A stretch of 48,320 nucleotides of DNA. Source: a virus. Made by a program: the position numbers and the translations under genes. The notes below the pieces were generated by a model that saw nothing but the letters and a program-made list of their open reading frames with translations, was not told the origin of the DNA and ran no database searches. Within the stretch, counting starts at the first letter, position 1. Every line of letters begins with the position of its first letter. Shown here in pieces: positions 41,828 to 48,320 of this stretch. Where the stretch lies: positions 1 to 48,320 of IMG/VR virus record IMGVR_UViG_3300004481_000332. One strand, written 5' to 3'.

Positions 41828-42004
41828 TTATATTGGAACAAATAATTTCTTAAAGAGCTGAACGACTTTTGTATTTATGGAGAAGAGAAGCAAATGACCA
41901 AACTTATCTTTATTATAGTCCTTTGCTTTTAATATCCCAACTCCAAGTACAGCCCCTTCTGTTTCTTCTTTTTTGTATGCTTTTAATCTTTTAAGTATTT
42001 TCAT
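41828..42004 (-). CDS. Hypothetical small protein (58 aa)
   Basis: Hand translation: MKILKRLKAYKKEETEGAVLGVGILKAKDYNKDKFGHLLLFSINTKVVQLFKKLFVPI. Confidence 0.3.
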   Translation of the reverse strand: MKILKRLKAYKKEETEGAVLGVGILKAKDYNKDKFGHLLLFSINTKVVQLFKKLFVPI

Positions 42005-42065
42005 ATATTTGACTTTCCGGTTCTTTAACAGGAGAGCCGGTAAGAACTGTTAATTACAAGGAAAA

Positions 42066-42296
42066 TTATTCTTCTGGTATGTCCAGCTTTTGAAGAATCT
42101 TTTTAATCTTCTTCTTAATCCAATCCAATTCATCCATTAAATCAGTGACGTCTACATTCCCACATGCTATGGTGCCAACACCTAAACATAGAGTACAATT
42201 TTCATCCACTATAACATTATCAAGATTAAAGACCTTATGGGTTCCCGTTCCACCACATCTGGGACATTTTACAGAAAGTATGGCTTTATCAGGCAT
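42066..42296 (-). CDS. DnaJ-type zinc-finger protein (76 aa)
   Basis: CPRCGGTG and CTLCLGVG (CxxCxGxG, twice). Confidence 0.55.
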   Translation of the reverse strand: MPDKAILSVKCPRCGGTGTHKVFNLDNVIVDENCTLCLGVGTIACGNVDVTDLMDELDWIKKKIKKILQKLDIPEE

Positions 42297-42316
42297 GATT
42301 AATTGATATTAATGAA

Positions 42317-43279
42317 TTAAGTAAGCCAAGCCGTTGTGCCAGGTAAGCCACCAACGTTTCCGATTGCATAGTAATTTCCAATTCCAGCAATAAGATCTGT
42401 TGTTGCCATACCAATTCTATTATTGATGACATTAACCGCACCAGACCCTTGAATTCCAATAGTCAGCGTGCCTGCTGTCGAACCAGCTCCAACACCAATT
42501 TCGTATAGGTAGTTGTCACAGATCTCTGAACCATTCCCGGTGACGGTTATGCCAGTGGCACAAGTAATAGTTGCAATGCCGATGTGATTCCTATTGACTT
42601 TCATCATGCCAGCTGCGCCGGTAAAGTAAATAACGCCAGTCATTGTTCCGCCTGAAACTCCATACGTGAGGAAATGATTGTCTTCTATCACACCGAACCA
42701 ACCACCATCACCAGTCGCTGTGCCTCTTATGATTGGCAAGTTTGCACCCGAAGCAGTAGTAATGAAGAAAGTATTGTGATGAATCCAAGGCGCAACTGCT
42801 GTAGATGTTGGGGCGCAATAAATCGCACCATATGCAGCAATATTCTTCAAGTAGAATCCCGCTATCTCAACTGATGCAGCGGATATTTCTATAAGATTAC
42901 TTGCGGCAGCCGCCTGAACTCTTGTACTGTTATTTGAACCAGTTTTCATCCCGAGTCCAGCCGGAGCAATCAAATGAACAGCCTTTTTACTCATTGTTAA
43001 TGCAGCAGTTAAAGTGTACGTTGCAGCTGCCGGCCAAACCATTACATAATCATTTCTATTCGCCACACAAGCATCTAATGCTGCTTGAATTGCAGTATCT
43101 GCTGACGCCATTGTTGCAGCATATACTCTCGGTACTCCGTCAGAATCAACCGGAAAAATCCTATTAAGAAAGTCAAGCGCATCAGTTCCTGCTGGTGCCA
43201 CATAGAAGACTTTACCCGCCCCCATTGGAACGGCATGGGCTACTACTGCGCCATACCCCGAATTTATGTTATAAGACAT
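42317..43279 (-). CDS. Right-handed parallel beta-helix (pectin-lyase-fold-like) protein
   Basis: 320 aa of Gly/Ala/Ile/Asn-rich short repeats (IEISAASVEIAGFYLKNI, GVIEDNHF, VNRNHIGI, ICDNYLYEI, VINNRIGM). Confidence 0.45.
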   Translation of the reverse strand: MSYNINSGYGAVVAHAVPMGAGKVFYVAPAGTDALDFLNRIFPVDSDGVPRVYAATMASADTAIQAALDACVANRNDYVMVWPAAATYTLTAALTMSKKAVHLIAPAGLGMKTGSNNSTRVQAAAASNLIEISAASVEIAGFYLKNIAAYGAIYCAPTSTAVAPWIHHNTFFITTASGANLPIIRGTATGDGGWFGVIEDNHFLTYGVSGGTMTGVIYFTGAAGMMKVNRNHIGIATITCATGITVTGNGSEICDNYLYEIGVGAGSTAGTLTIGIQGSGAVNVINNRIGMATTDLIAGIGNYYAIGNVGGLPGTTAWLT

Positions 43280-43474
43280 GTTATTATTCGCCGTCTAAAG
43301 TCCACCTCCTTCCTACACTCGTTTGTTGGAAACAAGTGATAACTTTAGCTAACGAATCTAATTTTAATTATTATTCCGACCTTTATCAACTCTTACGAGC
43401 TTACTTCCGGTGGCGAATTACTTCACCACCAGTCAAAGCCCACAAGGATGGGAAATTATAAAGACTTCGCTCGA

Positions 43475-44494
43475 TTAAGCAGCACCGTCACCACTCGAGA
43501 ACTTAATCCAGATTCCAGTGACAATACACATTCCATATCCAGCTCGAACTCTGAATTCCCAATCATCTGTTTGAACATCCTCTGAGTTGTTTCCAGCTGC
43601 AGGAGGAATTAAATGTGGAGCTTCCCACATTCCAAAGTAGAAGTTTGAAAGTTCAGATGATGCAATACCCCAGTAATATCGTTTTGTGCTTTCGTATGCA
43701 CCGACTGCGGTTGTTGCAACTCTCGGCAAGACAACGTGCTTATATTTGCCACTGTAGACATTGATTACACCAGCGTGTGCAGCATCTGGATTAGCAGAAG
43801 ACTGAAGATATTCTCTAGCTGTGTTGATCGTGTTAGGATCATCAGTCGTCCAAAGAATATCAAATGTTGCAGCTTTCTTTTCTCCAAGATGGTTATATGT
43901 TTCTTCAACCGCCAATCGTTCCATTCCTTCCAACGCGCCCTTGGATAACCTCGGGTTATTGGCTAAACGATTTCGATAAGTTGTTGTTGAACCATTCAAG
44001 CCGTGATCTGTATCAAACAATTGCTGTGAAGAACTACATCCTGTCACAGTTGCAATTGTTCTACCATCACGATCGGTGTAAGATGTCGCAGTTCCGAATG
44101 TTAAGCGATGTGAAAGATCAAGATCGATTGTGTTCCATCCCTTTGCACCACCATTAAGTAATGCATTGACCACTTCTGGGTACTTGTTCTGAGTTCTCAT
44201 CTCATAAGTAATACCGATGTTCTCAGCAACTCTGTACATGGTCATAGTTTTGCTATAACCTTGCTGTACTTTTCCACGAGCTGCTTGATCACCCTGTCCC
44301 TTATAAGTTAGATACTCATTCGTATCTATTTCAGAAAACTCACGAGTGTTTCCAGTGTGTTCGCCGATGTCAACTTTTTTGACAAATCCGGATTCAAGCA
44401 TGCTATTCTTCACAGAAGATGCACCTTTGAAAAATAGAACATCAGCCGATTTTACGAAGTCAGATAATGAGATTGAATTTAATTCTTGACTCAT
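43475..44494 (-). CDS. Major capsid protein (putative)
   Basis: 339 aa. Its position after the portal and scaffold-like genes, its size, and the 195-nt untranslated gap with a hairpin downstream fit a capsid gene. No motif-level proof. Confidence 0.65.
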   Translation of the reverse strand: MSQELNSISLSDFVKSADVLFFKGASSVKNSMLESGFVKKVDIGEHTGNTREFSEIDTNEYLTYKGQGDQAARGKVQQGYSKTMTMYRVAENIGITYEMRTQNKYPEVVNALLNGGAKGWNTIDLDLSHRLTFGTATSYTDRDGRTIATVTGCSSSQQLFDTDHGLNGSTTTYRNRLANNPRLSKGALEGMERLAVEETYNHLGEKKAATFDILWTTDDPNTINTAREYLQSSANPDAAHAGVINVYSGKYKHVVLPRVATTAVGAYESTKRYYWGIASSELSNFYFGMWEAPHLIPPAAGNNSEDVQTDDWEFRVRAGYGMCIVTGIWIKFSSGDGAA

Positions 44495-44496
44495 GT

Positions 44497-44925
44497 TTAA
44501 ACCTGACCAGGTATGGCACCGGTTCCGATGTTAAGTACACAAAGACATTTTGTTGTCGATATGAACTTTACCACCTGAGCAATGTCATAGGTCGAAGCTG
44601 CTCTATTTAATGTGCTTGCGTCTGTTAAGTCGACATGCAATCCAACATCTGCAACAACCAAACTAGCAGTCACAGTCGCTTCCCATTCTACACCTTTCTC
44701 AACAGGAACCCTTACTTCAAGATTTCCCTGTGTTGTGTAAATATCGGTAGCAGAAGTGACGGCTCTTACTGCAACACCAATAGTTGAATAAGCATTTGTA
44801 GTTGATGTGCAAGGTATACCATACCCAACACTCATACAAACTAATGCATCTTTTGATGTCGTCTGTCCAGTTGTCCACGGAATTTCAATGATCTTTGTCT
44901 TTCCTTTCTTGACTATAAAACTCAT
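44497..44925 (-). CDS. Head-associated protein (possible decoration or scaffold-like beta protein)
   Basis: 142 aa, immediately upstream of the capsid gene (2-nt gap). Confidence 0.3.
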   Translation of the reverse strand: MSFIVKKGKTKIIEIPWTTGQTTSKDALVCMSVGYGIPCTSTTNAYSTIGVAVRAVTSATDIYTTQGNLEVRVPVEKGVEWEATVTASLVVADVGLHVDLTDASTLNRAASTYDIAQVVKFISTTKCLCVLNIGTGAIPGQV

Positions 44926-45058
44926 TTTTGTAAAGAGCTTATTTGTTAAGGTATGTTAATTGAATAACTCGACTAGCGTTATCAAATAACAGAAACCCTT
45001 CAGTCGAGATTACGCTTCTCTGCGATTGACTGGATTGCATTTTACGAATGCTAACGGA

Positions 45059-45130
45059 TTGCAGGGGCTGGAGTCGAACCAGCTGCCTCGAGGTCATGAA
45101 CCTCGCGAGATACCGATTCTCTACCCTGCG
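45059..45130 (-). tRNA. tRNA-Met (anticodon CAU) with bacterial initiator features
   Basis: Hand-folded cloverleaf of CGCAGGG-UA-GAGA-AUCGGUA-UCUC-G-CGAGG-UUCAUGA-CCUCG-AGGCA-GCUGG-UUCGACU-CCAGC-CCCUGCA-A. It has a C1:A72 mismatch, A11:U24, G30:C40 and G31:C39. It aligns position by position with E. coli tRNA-fMet. CCA is not encoded. Confidence 0.9.
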
Positions 45131-45462
45131 TTAAGTTTTTCAACTAGATCTATAATGAAACCATCCTCCAAAGAAAATTCATTTGATTCTGAAAATCCTT
45201 TAACAATATCATTTAAGAACTTGATCTGATCTTGATTAAACTCAACGCTCTTTCCTTCATCTTTTTTAATATCCCAAGAGACTCTTCCATTTTCTGTCTT
45301 CACTTTCAATTTCTTTCTTTCATCTTCATCCATCATGATCTTATCCAGAATCTTTTGAGATAGACTTAAAGTGTCTAGACTTAATCCTCGTTGCTGATAC
45401 TTCTTATTTAGAAGACCTCCTAGACCGAGTCTTTCTTTCACCGATAATATTACTGTTTTCAT
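45121..45462 (-). CDS. Hypothetical protein (113 aa from ATG 45462)
   Basis: MKTVILSVKERLGLGG... Its TAG stop (45121-45123) lies inside the tRNA (positions 8-10). Confidence 0.5.
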   Translation of the reverse strand: MKTVILSVKERLGLGGLLNKKYQQRGLSLDTLSLSQKILDKIMMDEDERKKLKVKTENGRVSWDIKKDEGKSVEFNQDQIKFLNDIVKGFSESNEFSLEDGFIIDLVEKLNAG

Positions 45463-45850
45463 ATTTGTGTGGTAGTAAAATCTTGTCGACGTCAAGTAAT
45501 GTTTTTTCACCCTTTGACTTCTTCCACAAGACTTCGTTAGCTTTATCAATGTTCATATTCACAGATTCAACAATATACGGCATCATATAACTTATCTCGT
45601 CTATTGTCAATTCGTGATCTGTGAGAATACCAAGAATCATTTCTAGAGAAGGACGAATTCTCAATTGTACTAAATCTGTAAGATCTTTCTTCTCGTCTGA
45701 AATTGCTTTCTTTGCAATTAAGATCGGAATTGTAATTTTCTCATCGTTCTCTAAAGACAATTCAACTTTCTCGTTTCCAAGATATGTTTTCTCGTCAGAA
45801 ATAACATCTGAAACAATTTTCTTATCACCGTAGAATTTATTTTCAAACAT
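45404..45850 (-). CDS. Hypothetical protein (148 aa)
   Basis: ORF-track entry. Its last ~20 codons overlap the next gene in another frame. Confidence 0.5.
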   Translation of the reverse strand: MFENKFYGDKKIVSDVISDEKTYLGNEKVELSLENDEKITIPILIAKKAISDEKKDLTDLVQLRIRPSLEMILGILTDHELTIDEISYMMPYIVESVNMNIDKANEVLWKKSKGEKTLLDVDKILLPHKYENSNIIGERKTRSRRSSK

Positions 45851-45851
45851 A

Positions 45852-46175
45852 CTATGCTTTCATAGAGCTCTTCGGTTTTGAATGACAAAAGTCTTTCAAC
45901 TCACTTAAGCTCATAGATTTATACATATTAAGAGAAGCTCCTTTCAATTTACCTTTCGGAATTTTTCCTTCTTTACATCCAAGAGCTATGCAAGCAGCGA
46001 CTTTTTGTTGTTTTGTTTCTGGCATATATTTGAATGATGTGTGGCGTTTTATAGTTATCTCTCCATTGAAGGAAGGACGCGGGTAATCCGTACTAAGGGA
46101 CTCTCGACCCATGTTATGTCTCGGATGAAGAACTCCCGGCTTTTGCACTCTGTGCTTGTCTCCATCCAAAGCCAC
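45852..46175 (-). CDS. DUF3008-like small basic protein
   Basis: ETKQQKVAACIALGCKEGKIPKGKLKGASLNMYKSMSLSELKDF resembles the DUF3008 pattern (QQxAAGxALxAKRG...LKGASxxMxxSMSxxEL). The start is uncertain (GTG 46175 or ATG 46112). Confidence 0.45.
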   Translation of the reverse strand: MALDGDKHRVQKPGVLHPRHNMGRESLSTDYPRPSFNGEITIKRHTSFKYMPETKQQKVAACIALGCKEGKIPKGKLKGASLNMYKSMSLSELKDFCHSKPKSSMKA

Positions 46176-46210
46176 ATTTTTGCGGGCATTCAGCCAATAC
46201 TCACATCATC

Positions 46211-46681
46211 TTAATTAACGAATTGAACAGGAATTTGATATTCCTTGTCGTTGTCGATCCTTCGAAGTTTGAGAGTGACATTTCCAATCTCATCTGTTAT
46301 CTCTCCGACTTTCTCACATTTGACATGATCATATCGTCTTGAAAATGTGACATAGTCCATTTGCTGAGATGTTCCGTCTTCAAAGATTACCTCGATGATT
46401 TGTTCTTCTTTCCATCTTCCAGTCTGTGAATCTTTGTAAACTTCGTCTTTGATCTTTCCCCATCCGACAACAGCTTTACCATCCAATGTTCTAAGTCTGA
46501 TGATCGAAGGAAGCTTAGACTTATTTCTCGCATAATATGTTGCAACTTGTTTCTTATCTGCAACAGCTTCGAGAAATTCACCCTTTTCTTGAAGTGACTT
46601 GACTGTTTCCTTCAGTTGATCAAACTCTTCTTTTGGAATCTGAACCATTACAGGTTCTTTTGTTGTTTCATCTTTGCTCAT
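46211..46681 (-). CDS. Hypothetical head-module protein (156 aa)
   Basis: ORF with an ATGA-type overlap with the upstream gene. Confidence 0.5.
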   Translation of the reverse strand: MSKDETTKEPVMVQIPKEEFDQLKETVKSLQEKGEFLEAVADKKQVATYYARNKSKLPSIIRLRTLDGKAVVGWGKIKDEVYKDSQTGRWKEEQIIEVIFEDGTSQQMDYVTFSRRYDHVKCEKVGEITDEIGNVTLKLRRIDNDKEYQIPVQFVN

Positions 46682-47370
46682 CTTTTTCTCTCATATTTTC
46701 GAAGATCTTCGTCGCTGACACCCATTTTGTTCTTCAATAGATCCTTGTCGTCGTCTGTAAGTTTTGCTTTCGGTCCTGGCTGTCCTGCTGGTTCTTGTGG
46801 AATATAACCACCCTTTATAGCAGCAAGATTTCCTTTGAGACCAGAAGTTCCACCAGTGATGATCACGTATGCGTTTTTGATTCTCTCTTTCAGATTCTCT
46901 AAACGCTTTGTCGGGTCTGTCTCTACATCAGGAATGAACATTCCAAGTTGGTTTTTGACTTTAGAAGCTAGTTCTTTGTCATCCCCAACATATGATTCAA
47001 TAAGACCACCGATCTTCTGATCATCAACTTCTTTCCTGACATCTGCGATCTGTTTCTGAAACTCAACTGGAAGTGTCTCAAGTCTTGCTTTTGTTTCATC
47101 CAACTCTTTCTTAAGATCGTCTCTAGAATCACGAAGGTTCTTGAAGTTCTTGTCTTTATCAGACATTCCCTTAAGTTCTTCGTCTTTCTTTGCAAGTTCC
47201 GCTTTGAGATCATTTACAGATGTCGTGATCTTTTCTTTCTCTGTCTCAAATTCTTTCTTAGCTTCTTCTATCTTTTCTTTAACTTCGGTCTCTGCAAAAA
47301 CTGGTAATGGATTTCCTTCAGAATCAAAGGGTTCAATTAAATTGCCATTCTCGTCGAAGATTTCTGTCAT
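46678..47370 (-). CDS. Scaffolding-like protein (acidic coiled coil)
   Basis: 230 aa, Glu/Lys/Asp-rich helical sequence located between the portal and capsid genes. Confidence 0.45.
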   Translation of the reverse strand: MTEIFDENGNLIEPFDSEGNPLPVFAETEVKEKIEEAKKEFETEKEKITTSVNDLKAELAKKDEELKGMSDKDKNFKNLRDSRDDLKKELDETKARLETLPVEFQKQIADVRKEVDDQKIGGLIESYVGDDKELASKVKNQLGMFIPDVETDPTKRLENLKERIKNAYVIITGGTSGLKGNLAAIKGGYIPQEPAGQPGPKAKLTDDDKDLLKNKMGVSDEDLRKYERKR

Positions 47371-47443
47371 ATGATTAATGTTATTTAGTTAGTGACTAAC
47401 AGCTATTTGTTAACTCCGGTAGCGAACCGGGATTGTCGACCTT

Positions 47444-47761
47444 TTATTCCACCGTCTCTGATTTGTCAAATCTGGATAATGATTTATTAACTTGTATTTC
47501 GAACCAATCTTTGATCAAAGAAAGTCCATTGACCGTTCCACGACCAAACATAAATTGTTCAAGATTTTGAGCACTCATTCCCATAAACTTCAATTGCTCA
47601 AAAATCATTCGATCTATTTCTTCTTTAAAGAACGTCTTATAAAAATACTCTGCAGCAGTCGATCTTGCCAACTTTTCTTCGTCTTTAAGAGTGTCTTCAG
47701 TAATACTGATCGATGCTAATTGTTCTCTCATTATCTCCGCTGATTTATTTATGTCTGTCAT
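47444..47761 (-). CDS. Hypothetical head-module protein (105 aa)
   Basis: ATGA overlap with the portal stop. Confidence 0.5.
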   Translation of the reverse strand: MTDINKSAEIMREQLASISITEDTLKDEEKLARSTAAEYFYKTFFKEEIDRMIFEQLKFMGMSAQNLEQFMFGRGTVNGLSLIKDWFEIQVNKSLSRFDKSETVE

Positions 47762-48320
47762 ACTTCAGATTTAAGCACCGATCCTCCTGGCAGTGATACT
47801 TTAGGTGAAACGACTCTTTGATTCTTCTTATCGTCGATTTTGGGCTGTGGCGCCTCGTTTGGACCGCCCATGACAAACATCTTACCAGGATCTTCATCCC
47901 ACGTTTGAGCAAATCTCTCGTGGATCCAATCTGGGCTAAAGCTAAGTCCAATTGCTAAACCGTCCTGAAGCATCTGTCCAAAGAGTATCTTATTTAATTC
48001 ACTCGATCTCTTTTCTTTTGGAACAATAGAAACATTCCAGATAAATTGAAATCTCTTGACTTCTTGCGGATTGATCATTATGATCGAAGTCGGATATCCT
48101 GTTTGTTTTTGCAGATCTTCTTCTGCTTTCTTGATTTCTGTCGCAGCAGGAATCTTGTCTGTCGGTATGATCAATCTCATTCCCTGTCCCTTTCCCTTAA
48201 CCATTCTTGAACTCGAGACTGATCGATATCGTTTTGTTAGTTCCTTCTTCGCAGCATCAAAACTATTTTCAACTGGATCAAACCAGTTCTTAAGTAAGAG
48301 TGCCAAACGTTTCATCACCA
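47758..48320 (-). CDS. Portal protein, C-terminal part (continues from 1..1455 through the junction; 48241-48320 duplicates 1-80)
   Basis: The ORF is open to the window edge and in frame with the open minus-strand frame of 1..1455. Confidence 0.7.
   Translation of the reverse strand, partial: VMKRLALLLKNWFDPVENSFDAAKKELTKRYRSVSSSRMVKGKGQGMRLIIPTDKIPAATEIKKAEEDLQKQTGYPTSIIMINPQEVKRFQFIWNVSIVPKEKRSSELNKILFGQMLQDGLAIGLSFSPDWIHERFAQTWDEDPGKMFVMGGPNEAPQPKIDDKKNQRVVSPKVSLPGGSVLKSEV
48241..48320. repeat. Terminal direct repeat, second copy of 1-80
   Basis: Identical 80-mer at both window ends. Confidence 0.95.

Noticed and set aside
45404-45549. Programmed frameshift, or a sequencing indel, joining 45404..45850 and 45121..45549
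   Set aside because: It would require a +1/-2 shift with no slippery heptamer visible. An internal ATG (45462) gives a normal second gene. A simple 59-nt overlap or an assembly indel cannot be distinguished without reads.
1-48320. Stop-codon reassignment (as in some phages with recoded TAG or TGA)
   Set aside because: Long ORFs are uninterrupted under the standard code, all three stops terminate credible genes, and the only tRNA has anticodon CAU rather than a suppressor anticodon.
1-48320. CRISPR arrays, integrase/attP or a lysogeny module
   Set aside because: No regularly spaced direct repeats were seen. No tyrosine or serine recombinase motifs and no repressor/Cro-type switch were found. 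The excisionase-like HTH (10471..10698) stands alone.

Overview
This window is a complete genome of a tailed dsDNA bacteriophage. Bases 1-80 are identical to 48241-48320, so the contig closes on itself (unit length 48,240 bp) and the portal gene wraps the junction. The genome is AT-rich, with tightly packed genes, many ATGA start/stop overlaps and almost no Shine-Dalgarno sequences.

Layout:
- A long minus-strand late arm runs from 2809 through the junction down to 19323. It encodes terL, portal, scaffold-like protein, an initiator-type tRNA-Met, major capsid protein, a beta-helix protein, a 1411-aa Cys-rich repeat fibre, several large virion proteins, a 1298-aa T7 gp16-like internal virion protein with an N-terminal lytic transglycosylase domain, and a lysis cassette.
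- A plus-strand early/middle arm (6546..19330) is driven by tandem sigma70-type promoters. It encodes small unknown proteins, a SprT-like protease, a recombination module (possible annealase, free-standing HNH endonuclease, Cas4-like exonuclease), a nucleotide-modification trio, a VRR-NUC nuclease and a family B DNA polymerase.
- A short minus-strand operon (6034..4348) encodes a wHTH replication-organiser-like protein, a Zn-finger protein and terS.
- A plus-strand 3-gene cassette (3315..4270) sits between terS and terL.

No integrase, CRISPR array, RNA polymerase, helicase or primase could be recognised.

Most interesting observations:
1. A T4-like trio (dNMP kinase, gp56-like dCTPase, thymidylate-synthase-fold enzyme with Asp at the uracil-selecting Asn position) predicts 5-substituted cytosine in the DNA.
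2. Two high-GC, Shine-Dalgarno-bearing islands look foreign: a membrane protein plus metallophosphoesterase at 14.3-15.6 kb, and a 59-aa ORF inside the lysis cassette.
3. Two long structured non-coding segments flank the VRR-NUC gene.
4. A six-member family of 'stop-codon box TTAGCCGTT + covarying hairpin' elements punctuates the early genes.
5. Conserved promoter and operator boxes are present.
6. An initiator-like tRNA (C1:A72 mismatch, A11:U24) is encoded.
7. Three consecutive large virion-module proteins carry N-terminal membrane anchors.

All protein calls rest on motifs read by eye from the supplied translations; no database search was possible.
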